Below are positions 19,561-29,631 of a DNA stretch of 64,000 nt, piece by piece (within the stretch, counting starts at the first letter, position 1; each line of letters starts with the position of its first letter). The notes below the pieces were generated by a model. It made no database searches. It was not told the origin of the DNA and saw nothing but the letters and a program-made list of their open reading frames with translations. The stretch comes from Candidatus Methanoperedenaceae archaeon (lineage in GTDB: Archaea > Halobacteriota > Methanosarcinia > Methanosarcinales > Methanoperedenaceae). The position numbers and the translations under genes were made by a program. The stretch lies in assembly GCA_963753595.1 (NCBI GenBank), contig CAVWCX010000036.1, forward strand, positions 128,001 to 192,000. Reading direction: 5' to 3'.

Positions 19561-20508
19561 TTATGCCTCCACTGCCACAAGTAGTGCATCTACATGGCTC
19601 ATTACATCTGCCTTGAAGGGCTTGATTGAGTCAACGATCAGATTCTTTTCAATCTGGACACCGCTTACTTCAAAATAGCGGCCTATCAACATGGCTCCCA
19701 TGTTATCTGCAACTGTTCTGCTATCCATCGACTCCATTGCGATCTCTTTTGCCCCATCCAGAGTGATGCCTGTCAGTTCTTCGGTCAGTTTCCTGTTGAG
19801 AATTACATCCTGCGAAGTGACACCATCATCGATGACACCCTTGATTCTCAGGTCATAAACACCTTCGACTTTTCCATGATCACCACAGGCGCCTTTTACA
19901 AGCGACCGATTGCATTCCGGGCAGCGCTTTATCAGACCAGAGCCTTGCTGCAGGTCAACCAGTACACCGACTACGGTAACGAGTTTCTTGGCGATCGTGA
20001 TGTCTCCAGAGAACGCGGTTATCTCGGAGTTCTTATTGACCTTGATCGATACCCTTCCCTGCCATTCGGATGTCACTACATTCTTGAAGAGGTAGCAACT
20101 CCCTTCTCTGAGAACTGGTGCTCCCGATGATTTCCAGGTCGTGAACACTACTGTGCCAGTCTCATCACCGAGTATACCTGTCTGGAGTATCTTCTCATGT
20201 TTTGGTTCCCACAGGATCGAAACCCTGGCATTGAAAGAACACCACTTATTATCTTCTATCAGTTCAGCGATCTTGACTGGATTCTGATTAGCGAATCCCG
20301 CTGTGGCAAAGAACTCATCCGGATTAATATTGTGGACCTTAAGGAAGCGGCTTGTAACGTTCCTGCTTGCCTCATTCAAAGGTACTCTGAACTTGTTCAC
20401 AAGAATTGACAACTGTTCAATTATGTCTCTTTCCTGTATCTGTACATTCACTTTCGCGAATCTTTCCTTTATTTCTAAAGATGTTTGTTGTATCTTTGCA
20501 TTTTCCAT
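19561..20508 (-). CDS. rpa: replication protein A (OB folds plus Zn finger)
   Basis: QTGILGDETGTV.FT.W, GSGLIKRCPECNR...CGDHG, DLRIKGVIDDG. Confidence 0.9.
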   Translation of the reverse strand: MENAKIQQTSLEIKERFAKVNVQIQERDIIEQLSILVNKFRVPLNEASRNVTSRFLKVHNINPDEFFATAGFANQNPVKIAELIEDNKWCSFNARVSILWEPKHEKILQTGILGDETGTVVFTTWKSSGAPVLREGSCYLFKNVVTSEWQGRVSIKVNKNSEITAFSGDITIAKKLVTVVGVLVDLQQGSGLIKRCPECNRSLVKGACGDHGKVEGVYDLRIKGVIDDGVTSQDVILNRKLTEELTGITLDGAKEIAMESMDSRTVADNMGAMLIGRYFEVSGVQIEKNLIVDSIKPFKADVMSHVDALLVAVEA

Positions 20509-20603
20509 ATATATTCACCTTTTGTTTTATTTTAGGAGATAAGTCATAGGCCGACAGTGGATTTTAACCACCTGGGAATTTCCAACCCGTGACTTACATC
20601 ATT

Positions 20604-20834
20604 TCAATTTGTCCGACCAAGGGGGGTTGATGTTTCTGCACCGCAGTGCGAAACTTCACCCTCCGCAGCGTCGGCGCTGTCACGCTGTTTCTCCGGGATC
20701 GCTTGCAACACTTTCTTTGCGCACTTTGGACCGTATACCTGCGGAGCTTTGATCTTGCGGTGGCAGCGCAGGCATTTGTTATAGAGCGTAACTATGGCGC
20801 TAGCATTCTCTTTGAATTCTAATTCATCTGACAT
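20604..20834 (-). CDS. small Zn-finger protein (DUF6011-like)
   Basis: CLRCHRKI...YGPKCAKK. Confidence 0.6.
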   Translation of the reverse strand: MSDELEFKENASAIVTLYNKCLRCHRKIKAPQVYGPKCAKKVLQAIPEKQRDSADAAEGEVSHCGAETSTPLGRTN

Positions 20835-20896
20835 TTTATCACCTTATTCGTCTCGTTTCTTTACAATAGTAATGTAAATGCATTACGAGAATATAA

Positions 20897-20914
20897 GTAT
20901 TACTATTGTAATAC
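20897..20914. promoter_or_regulatory. 18-bp operator-like palindrome abutting the TATA box of the RPA operon
   Basis: GTATTAC-TATT-GTAATAC directly followed on the minus strand by TTATAT; matching copy at 54375-54392. Confidence 0.7.
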
Positions 20915-20947
20915 AAAACAAGCCGCGTTAATTGCAGCAATTGTTAA

Positions 20948-21232
20948 TTATAATCGTTTGCCATCGTACCAGATCGACGTGCATCCAGCATTTGGCATCC
21001 CGAAATCATCAAGGGGCTCAAAGCCATCATAATCCCCGATGATCTTTCCTTCATAATAGAGGTTCATGTCGTCATCAAACATCTGGAAGGGGACTCCTTT
21101 TAAAATCTCTTCCTTTGTAAAAGTGGTATCGTGACCACCCATTGTCCCGGTTTCATTTGTTTCCGCTTCACTATGATCTCCTTTTTCGAAAAGGACGTCT
21201 CTTGTTATTATCCAGCCGTACATTTCATTCAC
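20948..21232 (-). CDS. hypothetical acidic protein
   Basis: FQMFDDD..LYYEG...FEPLDDFGMPNAGCT; in the radC operon. Confidence 0.65.
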   Translation of the reverse strand: MNEMYGWIITRDVLFEKGDHSEAETNETGTMGGHDTTFTKEEILKGVPFQMFDDDMNLYYEGKIIGDYDGFEPLDDFGMPNAGCTSIWYDGKRL

Positions 21233-21620
21233 CTTCTACCCAGTTCCATATCACTGTTGTGATATTAAGTGGTATGCCTTTGATTTCAAGGACCTCACAT
21301 CTTCTTTTCAACTCGATGACACTCTCCTTTGCCTCTTTTGAATAAGCCCATGGCTGTTCATAGTGTTCTATTAAGGCACCTTTCCAGTAGACGTATCCCA
21401 CATGGTCTATGGTCATGTTCTCTATGCCGTGGAACCAGGGCTGCTTATATTCCCCGGCTGCAACTGTTTTATAAAGTTTGTTGAACGCCTCAATACCATT
21501 TGTTGTTAGAAAGCCATTGACGGCGCTCTCAACAAGACTCAGATCGACTGGTGCAAGCTTGTCCCCATCTGATGTAGCCTGCAGTATCGCTATTGCTTTA
21601 TCGCAATTATCCTCTTTCAT
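21225..21620 (-). CDS. hypothetical protein
   Basis: ATGA coupling to the radC stop (MKEDNCDKA...). Confidence 0.65.
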   Translation of the reverse strand: MKEDNCDKAIAILQATSDGDKLAPVDLSLVESAVNGFLTTNGIEAFNKLYKTVAAGEYKQPWFHGIENMTIDHVGYVYWKGALIEHYEQPWAYSKEAKESVIELKRRCEVLEIKGIPLNITTVIWNWVEGE

Positions 21621-22300
21621 ATATGTCCAGCCTCCTTCATGCTGAAGTGTCTGCAATCGCCGATTATCACATGGTCGAGAACGTCTATATCCATTATCGT
21701 CCCCGTTTCCACCAGCTTCTTTGTGATCTCGATATCTTCCCTACTCGGTGTGGGATCGCCGGATGGATGATTGTGTGCAACAATAATGTGTGCTGCCGAC
21801 TCGATCAAGGCCGTGCGAAACACTTCTCTTGGATGAACAACGTTGGCGTTGAGCGAACCAATGGATATAGTGTCTTCTCTGATAATCTGGTTCTTGGTAT
21901 CCAGGCACAGCTCCACAAAATGTTCCTTCTTTGATTCCCTCATTGCCGGATAAAGTCGCCTGTAGACATCTTCGGGTGAGTTGATCTTGAACTTTGATGA
22001 ATTGTCAAAGGTTTCCAATCTTCTTGCCAGCTCAAAACAGGCTACGATCTGGACAGCTTTTCCTGATTTGATGCCGTGAATCTTCATGAGCTGGGATGCT
22101 CCTATTGCAGAGAGTTGTTTTAAGTCGAACTGCGACAGGACTCTTTGGGACAGGTTAATTGCATTCTCAGCAACGGAGCCTGATTTGAGAATTATCGACA
22201 GGAGTTCGGCATTGCTTAAGGACGTTGCGCCGTTTGTTATCAACCGACTGCTGGGTCTATCTTCTGCGGCCATATCTTCGATTCTTAGATTATATTGCAT
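21617..22300 (-). CDS. radC: RadC/JAB-domain protein
   Basis: LSNAELLSIIL, VVHPREVF, HNHPSGDPTPSREDI, LDHVIIG. Confidence 0.95.
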   Translation of the reverse strand: MQYNLRIEDMAAEDRPSSRLITNGATSLSNAELLSIILKSGSVAENAINLSQRVLSQFDLKQLSAIGASQLMKIHGIKSGKAVQIVACFELARRLETFDNSSKFKINSPEDVYRRLYPAMRESKKEHFVELCLDTKNQIIREDTISIGSLNANVVHPREVFRTALIESAAHIIVAHNHPSGDPTPSREDIEITKKLVETGTIMDIDVLDHVIIGDCRHFSMKEAGHI

Positions 22301-22331
22301 AATACCTCATAATATTCAAAAAGAGATCTTA

Positions 22332-22374
22332 CCTGAGTCCGCCTGATTTCAGCTCCGCAGAGCGAAATCTGGCG
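22332..22374. repeat. 43-bp hairpin motif, copy 1
   Basis: CCTGAGTCCGCCT-GATTTC-A-GCTC-CGCA-GAGC-GAAATC-TGGCG; further copies at 24697, 49385, 52545 and 58262. Confidence 0.85.
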
Positions 22375-22488
22375 CCAGCCTGATGCTCTCACCGAGGCAC
22401 TGCACGAAGAGTGTAGAGAAAATATTTGATAATGTTGAGAAGTGCTACGATTTGTTTTAAATATGTTAAAATCCAATCGATAACGCAT

Positions 22489-22869
22489 ATGAAAAAAGTG
22501 GTAACAAAAGGTGAGACTATGGTTGGGGAAACGTTTGAAGGATCCTTGTGGTTCAATTCAAGCAAAGATACCATGAGACATAAGTTGGAAGAATCTGATC
22601 AGAACTCTGGGGTTGGAATAAGTTTTGGAAAAAATTTGCATTTATTTTCTTATAGCAAAGCGTATGTGGATTTGCTCTTTGACGATGATTCCAAAGGACA
22701 AGCCTTAGTGAAGAAAGATAGTTTGAAAAATTGTCCTCATTTAATTGAAGAATGCATTGGAAATTGGGCACGTAAGAATGGCCTCTGGATATTGAAATTA
22801 TCACAACGAAATGTACCTGTAAAATTAAAAGTAGTCCAAGACTATGAGATTTTTTATGTGTCAAAATAA
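22489..22869 (+). CDS. hypothetical protein
   Basis: AT-rich ORF at the start of the cargo region. Confidence 0.5.
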   Translation: MKKVVTKGETMVGETFEGSLWFNSSKDTMRHKLEESDQNSGVGISFGKNLHLFSYSKAYVDLLFDDDSKGQALVKKDSLKNCPHLIEECIGNWARKNGLWILKLSQRNVPVKLKVVQDYEIFYVSK

Positions 22870-22989
22870 GTCATATCGACCAGTGAGTAAAGAACTCTTC
22901 GCTTATTTCGTTCGCTCGCCTAACTGCCGAATATACGTTCGGGCTGATATTCAGCCGTTATATGACATATTGCTGGAAGAGTTGCCTCG

Positions 22990-23820
22990 ATGAGAGTGCT
23001 ATTTGTAACGGACTTGCATGGAAGCAAGTGGAAATATGAGCGGCTATTCAAAGTAGCAAAAGACTTTCGGGCAAATGTGGTCATCAATGGTGGTGACATG
23101 CTTCCCAAGGAATGTGAACCATTCAATCAGGGTGATTTCATTACGAACTACCTTGACGATTATTTTGCACGATTCAACTCTGCCGGAATTTATTATCTGT
23201 GTTATCCGGGAAATGATGATCTCAGGATTTTCGATGAACTGTTCGAGGAAATCTGCAATAAATATCCATTCATCGTCTACCTGGCACAACGTAAATTCGA
23301 AATAGAGGGTTACGATTTTGTAGGTATGAACTGGGTTGTTGATTATCCATTCAGGCTCAAGGACAGATGCAGGATGGACACAGAGGACTATATTTTCCAG
23401 GAGCAATTCGGAACAGGACTGTTATCCAAACCTGATGGATGGCAGGAAATTGATGACTGGTTTACCCATGCAAAAAAACTCCCAACGATAGAAGAGGAAC
23501 TGGATCGTTTGGTTCGTCCCAGGGATATGGAAAATAGTGTGTATGTAATACACATGCCTCCGTCCAGGCTGGGATTGGATAAATGTTATTACGGGGAAGA
23601 AGTAGGGTCAAAAGCGATTTACAACTTCTTGGAGAAATATCAGCCAAAGCTCTCTTTCCATGGTCATATACATGAATCTCCAGAAGTTACAGGAAAATGG
23701 AATGCAAAACTAGGCAGAACGATATGCATTCAACCCGGTCAACTTGATGAGTTCACTTATGTCACAATTGACATGTCAACGATGAAGTTTGACAGGATCA
23801 AGGAGCAATACGTCACATAA
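22990..23820 (+). CDS. calcineurin-like metallophosphoesterase
   Basis: TDLHG, GGDM, PGNDD, HMPP and HGHIHE motifs. Confidence 0.92.
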   Translation: MRVLFVTDLHGSKWKYERLFKVAKDFRANVVINGGDMLPKECEPFNQGDFITNYLDDYFARFNSAGIYYLCYPGNDDLRIFDELFEEICNKYPFIVYLAQRKFEIEGYDFVGMNWVVDYPFRLKDRCRMDTEDYIFQEQFGTGLLSKPDGWQEIDDWFTHAKKLPTIEEELDRLVRPRDMENSVYVIHMPPSRLGLDKCYYGEEVGSKAIYNFLEKYQPKLSFHGHIHESPEVTGKWNAKLGRTICIQPGQLDEFTYVTIDMSTMKFDRIKEQYVT

Positions 23821-23942
23821 CAGCATGTATGGAGTTTGCCTAGATCACCATAATGCTCGGCTTTGACTCTCACTTCGCCTAACCCTGATTCCGTCTTACA
23901 GTGGCAAAGCCTTATTAGGTAAGAAAGTAAGAAAGTAATACC

Positions 23943-24206
23943 ATGGCAACAGAAGTCGAGTTCACAAGAATGTCTACAAAAGGTCAAATAGTGATTCCTA
24001 AGAAACTCCGAGCAGGATTTGAAGACGGAACGCCATTTGCAGTAATCCGGGACAGAGATACGATTCTTCTCAAACAAATAAAACTTCCTGGTATTAAAGA
24101 ATTTGAATTTCTTGCAGATAAAGGAGAAACGATAGCAAGAGAACGGGGGATAAAAGAAACAGACATTGATGATATCGTCCATAAACACCGCAAAGTACAG
24201 GATTAA
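23943..24206 (+). CDS. AbrB/MazE-family antitoxin
   Basis: TRMSTKGQIVIPKKLR. Confidence 0.9.
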   Translation: MATEVEFTRMSTKGQIVIPKKLRAGFEDGTPFAVIRDRDTILLKQIKLPGIKEFEFLADKGETIARERGIKETDIDDIVHKHRKVQD

Positions 24207-24209
24207 AAT

Positions 24210-24620
24210 ATGGTAAAGGTAGTTGCTGATACCAATATTTACATTTCAGCTTTGTTCTGGCGCGGGAATCCATACAAGTTCATACATCTATGCTTTGAAG
24301 GAAAAGCCAAATTGGTTATCTCAAGGCAAATCATCGATGAACTCGAAAGGATACTTTTAACTGACGGGAAATTTGAAATGCCCCGAGAAGATGTGGCTTT
24401 ATATTCAGAAATAATCTTAAGCCATGCTGAATTTGTCTCTCCTGCCTTCACTTTGAATGTCATTGTTAAGGATCCTGCAGATGACAGGATATTGGAGTGC
24501 GCTGTTGAAGGTGAGGTGGATTATCTGGTTTCAGGCAACAAACATCTTCTTGATGTTAAGGAATTCCGGGGGATAAAAATCGTGACTGCAAAGCAGATAC
24601 TTGAAATCCTTGGAGTTTGA
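24210..24620 (+). CDS. PIN-domain (VapC-like) toxin
   Basis: VVADTNIYISAL, DPADDRILECAVEG..DYLVSGNKHLL. Confidence 0.9.
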   Translation: MVKVVADTNIYISALFWRGNPYKFIHLCFEGKAKLVISRQIIDELERILLTDGKFEMPREDVALYSEIILSHAEFVSPAFTLNVIVKDPADDRILECAVEGEVDYLVSGNKHLLDVKEFRGIKIVTAKQILEILGV

Positions 24621-24684
24621 TATAATAACTTCAGCTATGCACTTCCTGACTCCGGAAAATCCAGCTTATATGGGATTCAATTGC

Positions 24685-24726
24685 ACGAACCCGCCTGATT
24701 TCAGCACCGCATTGCGAAATCTGGCA
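24685..24726. repeat. 43-bp hairpin motif, copy 2
   Basis: CGCCT-GATTTC-A-GCAC-CGCA-TTGC-GAAATC-TGGCA. Confidence 0.8.
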
Positions 24727-24751
24727 CCTGATTATACCATTGGGGCACCAT

Positions 24752-24935
24752 AGAAGTGTATAGAAAATATTTGATAATGCTGTGAGAAGTGATGGGGTAA
24801 CAACAGACGTTTACATTCACAGTCTCATACATGGTTTTGCCACACATCTGTTAGAAAGTGGGGTGGATTTAAGGTTATACAGGAGCTATTGGAACCGTCA
24901 ACAACAAAGATTTGAGTCGTATACAGACCACACTT
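24752..24935 (+). pseudogene. tyrosine recombinase (XerD/IntI-like) C-terminal remnant
   Basis: Translates RSV*KIFDNAVRSDGVTTDVYIHSLIHGFATHLLESGVDLR, then after a frameshift IQELL; this is a degenerate box II (HxLRHxFATHLLExGxDLRxIQELLG). Confidence 0.8.
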
Positions 24936-25180
24936 GATCTAATCATGAAAAAGGAAGTAAGAAATGATTGAGACTGTTCAGACAAATGATGTTATAGACG
25001 AACAAGAATTCGGATATTATGCTAGAATGGAAGGATATGCGAATTTGAGTTTGGATATGAAGAAGTTATGTGAAATTAAAAAATCTACCTCAAGAAAGCA
25101 GGTTGTAAATATATGAGGTTATATGCTATAGCTATGCACGCTAAGCACGGTATAATATATATTGGGGGTTTAGAGTAGTA

Positions 25181-26209
25181 ATGAAGAAAACGTCCACATT
25201 TGAAGAACGACTTTACGTCAAGTTGAGAGAGCAGATTAAAGGGAAAAAAGTTGGTTTCCTCCTTGGTGCAGGAGCCTCCTTTCTGAGCGGTAACGGGTAT
25301 CCGCTTGCGAATGGGCTTTGGGAAGCAATCAGAACCCATATGCCGGAAGAAGAACAACGTTTAATCGACAATGAAATTATGCGAGATTCCACCACATTGG
25401 AACAAGCACTGGATAGGTTAGACGGGGGAAGAAACGAATATTCGACCCTCCGTCACTACATCACGAATGCGGTAGCCGCTTCGTTCATTAATCATACACC
25501 TCCTCTCGATTACCACAGAGAATTTGTTATCCGTCTGGGAACGCGGTCTGAGAAACGAATTCCCGTGTTTACACTGAATTACGACTCGCTTATTGAAATT
25601 GCTACTGACATAGAGAAACGGCCTCTTATAGACGGTTTCTTAGGTACGGTGGAGTGCTACTTCCAACCGTCTTGTTTTACAGATTATCGAGGAATATTAG
25701 AGTCACGACGAGGGCGGTCTGTTCCTGTACACACGAGTGGAATAATCAACCTTTACAAGCTTCACGGATCTCTTGGCTGGTTTAAAGATACCGAATCCAG
25801 ACTGAAACGCATTCGACCAGACATGCCATGCCCTCCAGGCTGCATCCATCTTATGGTACCGCCTCAGAACCGCAAAGCTGCTGACACAGGAATAACACCC
25901 TACGCGACTATTTGGTCGGAGTTCCGTGCTCACCTCGCTAATGACTCCTCACGTCTGCTCAATAGGCTGGTATGCGTCGGTTATGGATTGGGTGATGGTC
26001 ACGTTAATGCAGTTATTGAGTCTGCCTTAGCCCGTAATCATTTTACACTTGTTGTTTTGGCGAAAGACCTTTGTGATGACACATTTAAACGTTGGCAGAA
26101 ATCCCCAAAAACTATCATTGTCACCGAAGAACGATCTTCTCTCTATGGAGAGGAGGGGCCAGGTATGCATGATGCGTGGGCATTTGAGTGGCTAGCAAAG
26201 GAGGTATAA
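25181..26209 (+). CDS. SIR2-like (SIR2_2) NADase of a Sir2-HerA defence system
   Basis: FLLGAGAS, FTLNYD, LYKLHGS, VGYGLGDGHVN. Confidence 0.9.
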   Translation: MKKTSTFEERLYVKLREQIKGKKVGFLLGAGASFLSGNGYPLANGLWEAIRTHMPEEEQRLIDNEIMRDSTTLEQALDRLDGGRNEYSTLRHYITNAVAASFINHTPPLDYHREFVIRLGTRSEKRIPVFTLNYDSLIEIATDIEKRPLIDGFLGTVECYFQPSCFTDYRGILESRRGRSVPVHTSGIINLYKLHGSLGWFKDTESRLKRIRPDMPCPPGCIHLMVPPQNRKAADTGITPYATIWSEFRAHLANDSSRLLNRLVCVGYGLGDGHVNAVIESALARNHFTLVVLAKDLCDDTFKRWQKSPKTIIVTEERSSLYGEEGPGMHDAWAFEWLAKEV

Positions 26210-26211
26210 TT

Positions 26212-27876
26212 ATGTCGAATGGAAATTCGAGTTTGGTCGGTCATATACTGGATGTACAAAGTTCGATGTTCACAGCAGACCTAATCCAAAAGGAGGAAGG
26301 TGTTTCACCTACTATCACACTTGGAGACGAGGATATCTCTGTAGGGCGACTTGGGTCGTATATGAGAATCACACAAGGTGCTATCATCGTTATAGCGATG
26401 GTCAGCCGTATGACTGAGAAGGAAATTCTTTCTCCTTTCCCTTCCGATGGCACGGACGTAGCACCAACAGCGGAGGCATTTGCACAGCGAACCATTCAAT
26501 TGGTGCCAATTGGGTGCGTTGGCAGCGATGGTACTTTTGAACGGGGAATATCAGTTTATCCGACGACTGGCGCAGAGGTGCATGCGATTGCGAGTTCCGA
26601 ATTGGACAAGTTGTTCTTGAAGTTCCGGGACAAGCATTACGATGTGGGTGCCGTCTCATCTAATCCGACAACCCGAGTCTACCTTGACCCCTCGCCGCTG
26701 TTCGGGCGTCATTGCGCGATTCTGGGCCAGACTGGTTCAGGAAAGTCTTGGACGATAGCATCGCTCCTTCAGAAGGCAGTCTCACTAATGCCGCGAGCAC
26801 ATATTGTTCTTCTGGACTTACATGGGGAATATAAAAAAGCATTTGCCCCTGAGCACGCAAAGGTCATTGATGCAACGAAACTAGAGATGCCCTACTGGCT
26901 TATGACCTACTCAGAACTTACAGACCTACTCATCGACCGTACTGAACTGAGTGCACACAATCAAACGGCTTTTTTCCGCGATACCATCAACACATTAAAG
27001 CAAGAAGAAGGTGCCCGTCTTAAGTTGCCTCGAACAACAATTGATACACCGGTGTTCTTTTCATTGGAAACCCTAAAGGAAAGGATAAAGTCAAAGAACG
27101 AAGAAATGGTACAGGGCGCCACAAAGCTTATAAAAGGTCCGATGCACGGTGACTTTGACCGTTTCCTAATGCGATTGGATAGCCGTCTCAATGATGTACG
27201 CTATGACTTCCTCCTGAAACCAACGCTTCGGAACAACTCAAGCTCTCTTGAATCTCTATTGAGGGACTTCATTGGCCTAGGGTCATCTAAGGTACCAATA
27301 ACAATTATCGATCTTAGCCCAGTACCCTTCGATGTTCGTCCAACCATTACTGCACAAATTGGACGACTAACTTTCGAATTCAACTTCTGGAATCCGAAGT
27401 ACGAAGAGTTCCCGATACTACTCGTTTGTGAAGAGGCGCATGCATATGTCACGCGGGAGTCCAATTCCCAATTCGAAGGTGCACGGAAGTCGATGGAACG
27501 GATAGCCAAGGAAGGACGCAAATACGGCGTGGGCTTAGCAGTTGTCAGTCAGCGTCCACACGAAGTGTCAGAGACGGTTCTATCGCAATGCGGCACTTTT
27601 GTATGTTTAAGAATTACCAACCCGGATGACCAAGAATATATCCGGAAACTGGTTCCCGAAGCTGAACGCGATTTGGTGAACATCCTGGCAGGAATGCGAC
27701 GAGGGGAAGCGCTTGTCTTGGGAGAAGCTGTACCGATGCCTACACGCATACAGATGGACATGCCCAGCCCGACTCCTCGGAGCAATGACATCGACTTTTA
27801 TAAGTACTGGACCGAGGGACCGATAGATCTTGATGTTGCCACTATCGTTGACAGATGGAGGCGTCAAGCAAGGTAA
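26212..27876 (+). CDS. HerA/DUF87 ATPase of a Sir2-HerA defence system
   Basis: HCAILGQTGSGKS, LDLHGEY, CEEAH, RIAKEGRKYG...SQRP. Confidence 0.92.
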   Translation: MSNGNSSLVGHILDVQSSMFTADLIQKEEGVSPTITLGDEDISVGRLGSYMRITQGAIIVIAMVSRMTEKEILSPFPSDGTDVAPTAEAFAQRTIQLVPIGCVGSDGTFERGISVYPTTGAEVHAIASSELDKLFLKFRDKHYDVGAVSSNPTTRVYLDPSPLFGRHCAILGQTGSGKSWTIASLLQKAVSLMPRAHIVLLDLHGEYKKAFAPEHAKVIDATKLEMPYWLMTYSELTDLLIDRTELSAHNQTAFFRDTINTLKQEEGARLKLPRTTIDTPVFFSLETLKERIKSKNEEMVQGATKLIKGPMHGDFDRFLMRLDSRLNDVRYDFLLKPTLRNNSSSLESLLRDFIGLGSSKVPITIIDLSPVPFDVRPTITAQIGRLTFEFNFWNPKYEEFPILLVCEEAHAYVTRESNSQFEGARKSMERIAKEGRKYGVGLAVVSQRPHEVSETVLSQCGTFVCLRITNPDDQEYIRKLVPEAERDLVNILAGMRRGEALVLGEAVPMPTRIQMDMPSPTPRSNDIDFYKYWTEGPIDLDVATIVDRWRRQAR

Positions 27877-28402
27877 CCATTGATATATTTCAAGGCAATG
27901 AGGGGGGCTATGGCAAATAACAACGGAATTTACGGCAGGTTTTCGAACTCTACGGAAGCCTTCAGCTTCCTTGTCCCGTTGCACTCTCACTCCGCTTTGC
28001 TTCGTTCGGGGCACATAACAGACGGTCATGCGCTTCCGGACCTTGCTGGTCCTTCGCCGAAATTGTTCGCTTCGCTCACAACTCCCATCAGCCGCTTTGA
28101 ATGATTACATCTAATGGGAACAGATAGATTCGTCAACGTCTCAGCAATAGAATTGCGGAGCATGGAGGTTTTGTGTAAGAAGAAGAAAAAACTCCAGACT
28201 TTATACATAGACCTCCGACTTTATACACAGGAGGAACTATTTACACAAAGCCTATATGTCAGGAAAAATACGACTATAAGCAATCTCGATACTCGCTCTA
28301 ATTTTCATCAAGGAAGTTTCTGTTTTAAAAGGATTCTGCTGGTCTGCCAACAGACTCCAAAAAGAATTTTCATGATTCCAGCTGCTTTTTAGGTCTTTGT
28401 TT

Positions 28403-28973
28403 TCATCTACGATTAAAACAAATATATCCAAGTGGAAGATGACACGCATCTCGTAAAACTGAGATTAATCTAAAAGCCGGTTTTATGAATTCATTTATTT
28501 TTGTTTCACCAATGTCGCTGTCAAATATATGAACCAACGTAGCAATATCTAAACCCCACTTTAAATATTCAACTAATTGTCCGATCCACGTATGATATTT
28601 TGTATTATTTAAGTTCGAAGCATAAAAATATTTCGCTTCAACTCCCGCAAAGATTCTCGTGGGGGATTCTTCACAAAAAGGGGGGAGGCATGCCTGATTA
28701 AGATATCCCACGTAAGGAAATATAATCGACTTCAAAGGCTTTGACATAGTTCCTAATTTCAGTCTCATTCAACCCTATAGGGTCTAAGTAACTTTTACAA
28801 TATGGGATAATCTGTTTACATAGACCCACGTGTTTCAACCATTTGCCATTTAACGAGGGTTCCAATCCCACGTTTAAAAAACCCGATTTAGCTAACCACT
28901 CAACTGCCTCTAGCTCGCCATTTGGAAAAACTTTTTTCCCTTCAATATTATCTGATAGATTTTTCATAGACAT
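28403..28973 (-). pseudogene. frameshifted gene, possibly PD-(D/E)xK nuclease-like
   Basis: Two overlapping ORFs in different frames join as ...EVDYISLRG/YLNQ...FAGVEAKY. Confidence 0.4.
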
Positions 28974-29044
28974 CGTATCTACTTTTTAGTAGCTAGCTTA
29001 TATAGTTTCTCCGCGCAGAAATGCCCCGATTTAGAAATTAGAGC

Positions 29045-29230
29045 ATTTTAAGAGCTCCTATAAATTTCAGTATTAGCAGAAACAAGTACAATTTTATTAT
29101 ATTTTATATTTTTGTCATGATCGCATTTTCTGCACCTTCCATGTTCTTCATCCCATAGTGCCTTCTCATGTTGCCGCTCGTGCGCTATGCGAAGGTTCGC
29201 ACGGGTTGCCAGCAAGTGCAGGGAGCTAGG
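29045..29230 (-). pseudogene. paralogous fragment of the 47725-47937 gene
   Basis: Translates HLLATRANLRIAHERQHEKALWDEEHGRCRKCDHD, versus HLTATHANLRIAHESQQEKALCKEEYGSCRTCDYD. Confidence 0.65.
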
Positions 29231-29631
29231 AGACGAAGGCGAGGTATTACAATAGGTGAGGTATGAGGAAGCCCAAGAATCTTTTGCAAAACATCATCCT
29301 GCCTTTTTAGAAATGTGGTAAAGGAGCATATTCATAGTTCCATGAACCTCCAATTTTAGAAGTCTTATTTGTACAAAAACTCAATGTGTTTCTTTTAAGA
29401 GTGCATACATCTGGCATACAAAATTGAATTCTATTATGGTCCAAAGTTTAAACATCGTGGGAGGATATCAAAATCATAAGTTTTTCATCTTTCTTGATAA
29501 CCCCAATATATCATTAATGATAAAAGATCGAAAAATTCTCCAATTTCATAAGATGCAGAACCTGTTTTATTGGATCATGAAAGCAGTTTACCCATTAAAA
29601 TATAATCAAATAATTGCAATTCTCACTTTTG

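Noticed and set aside
20537-20596. tRNA gene (T-arm-like GGTTAAAATCC)
   Set aside because: No acceptor, D or anticodon arms of proper size; kept only as a possible leader structure
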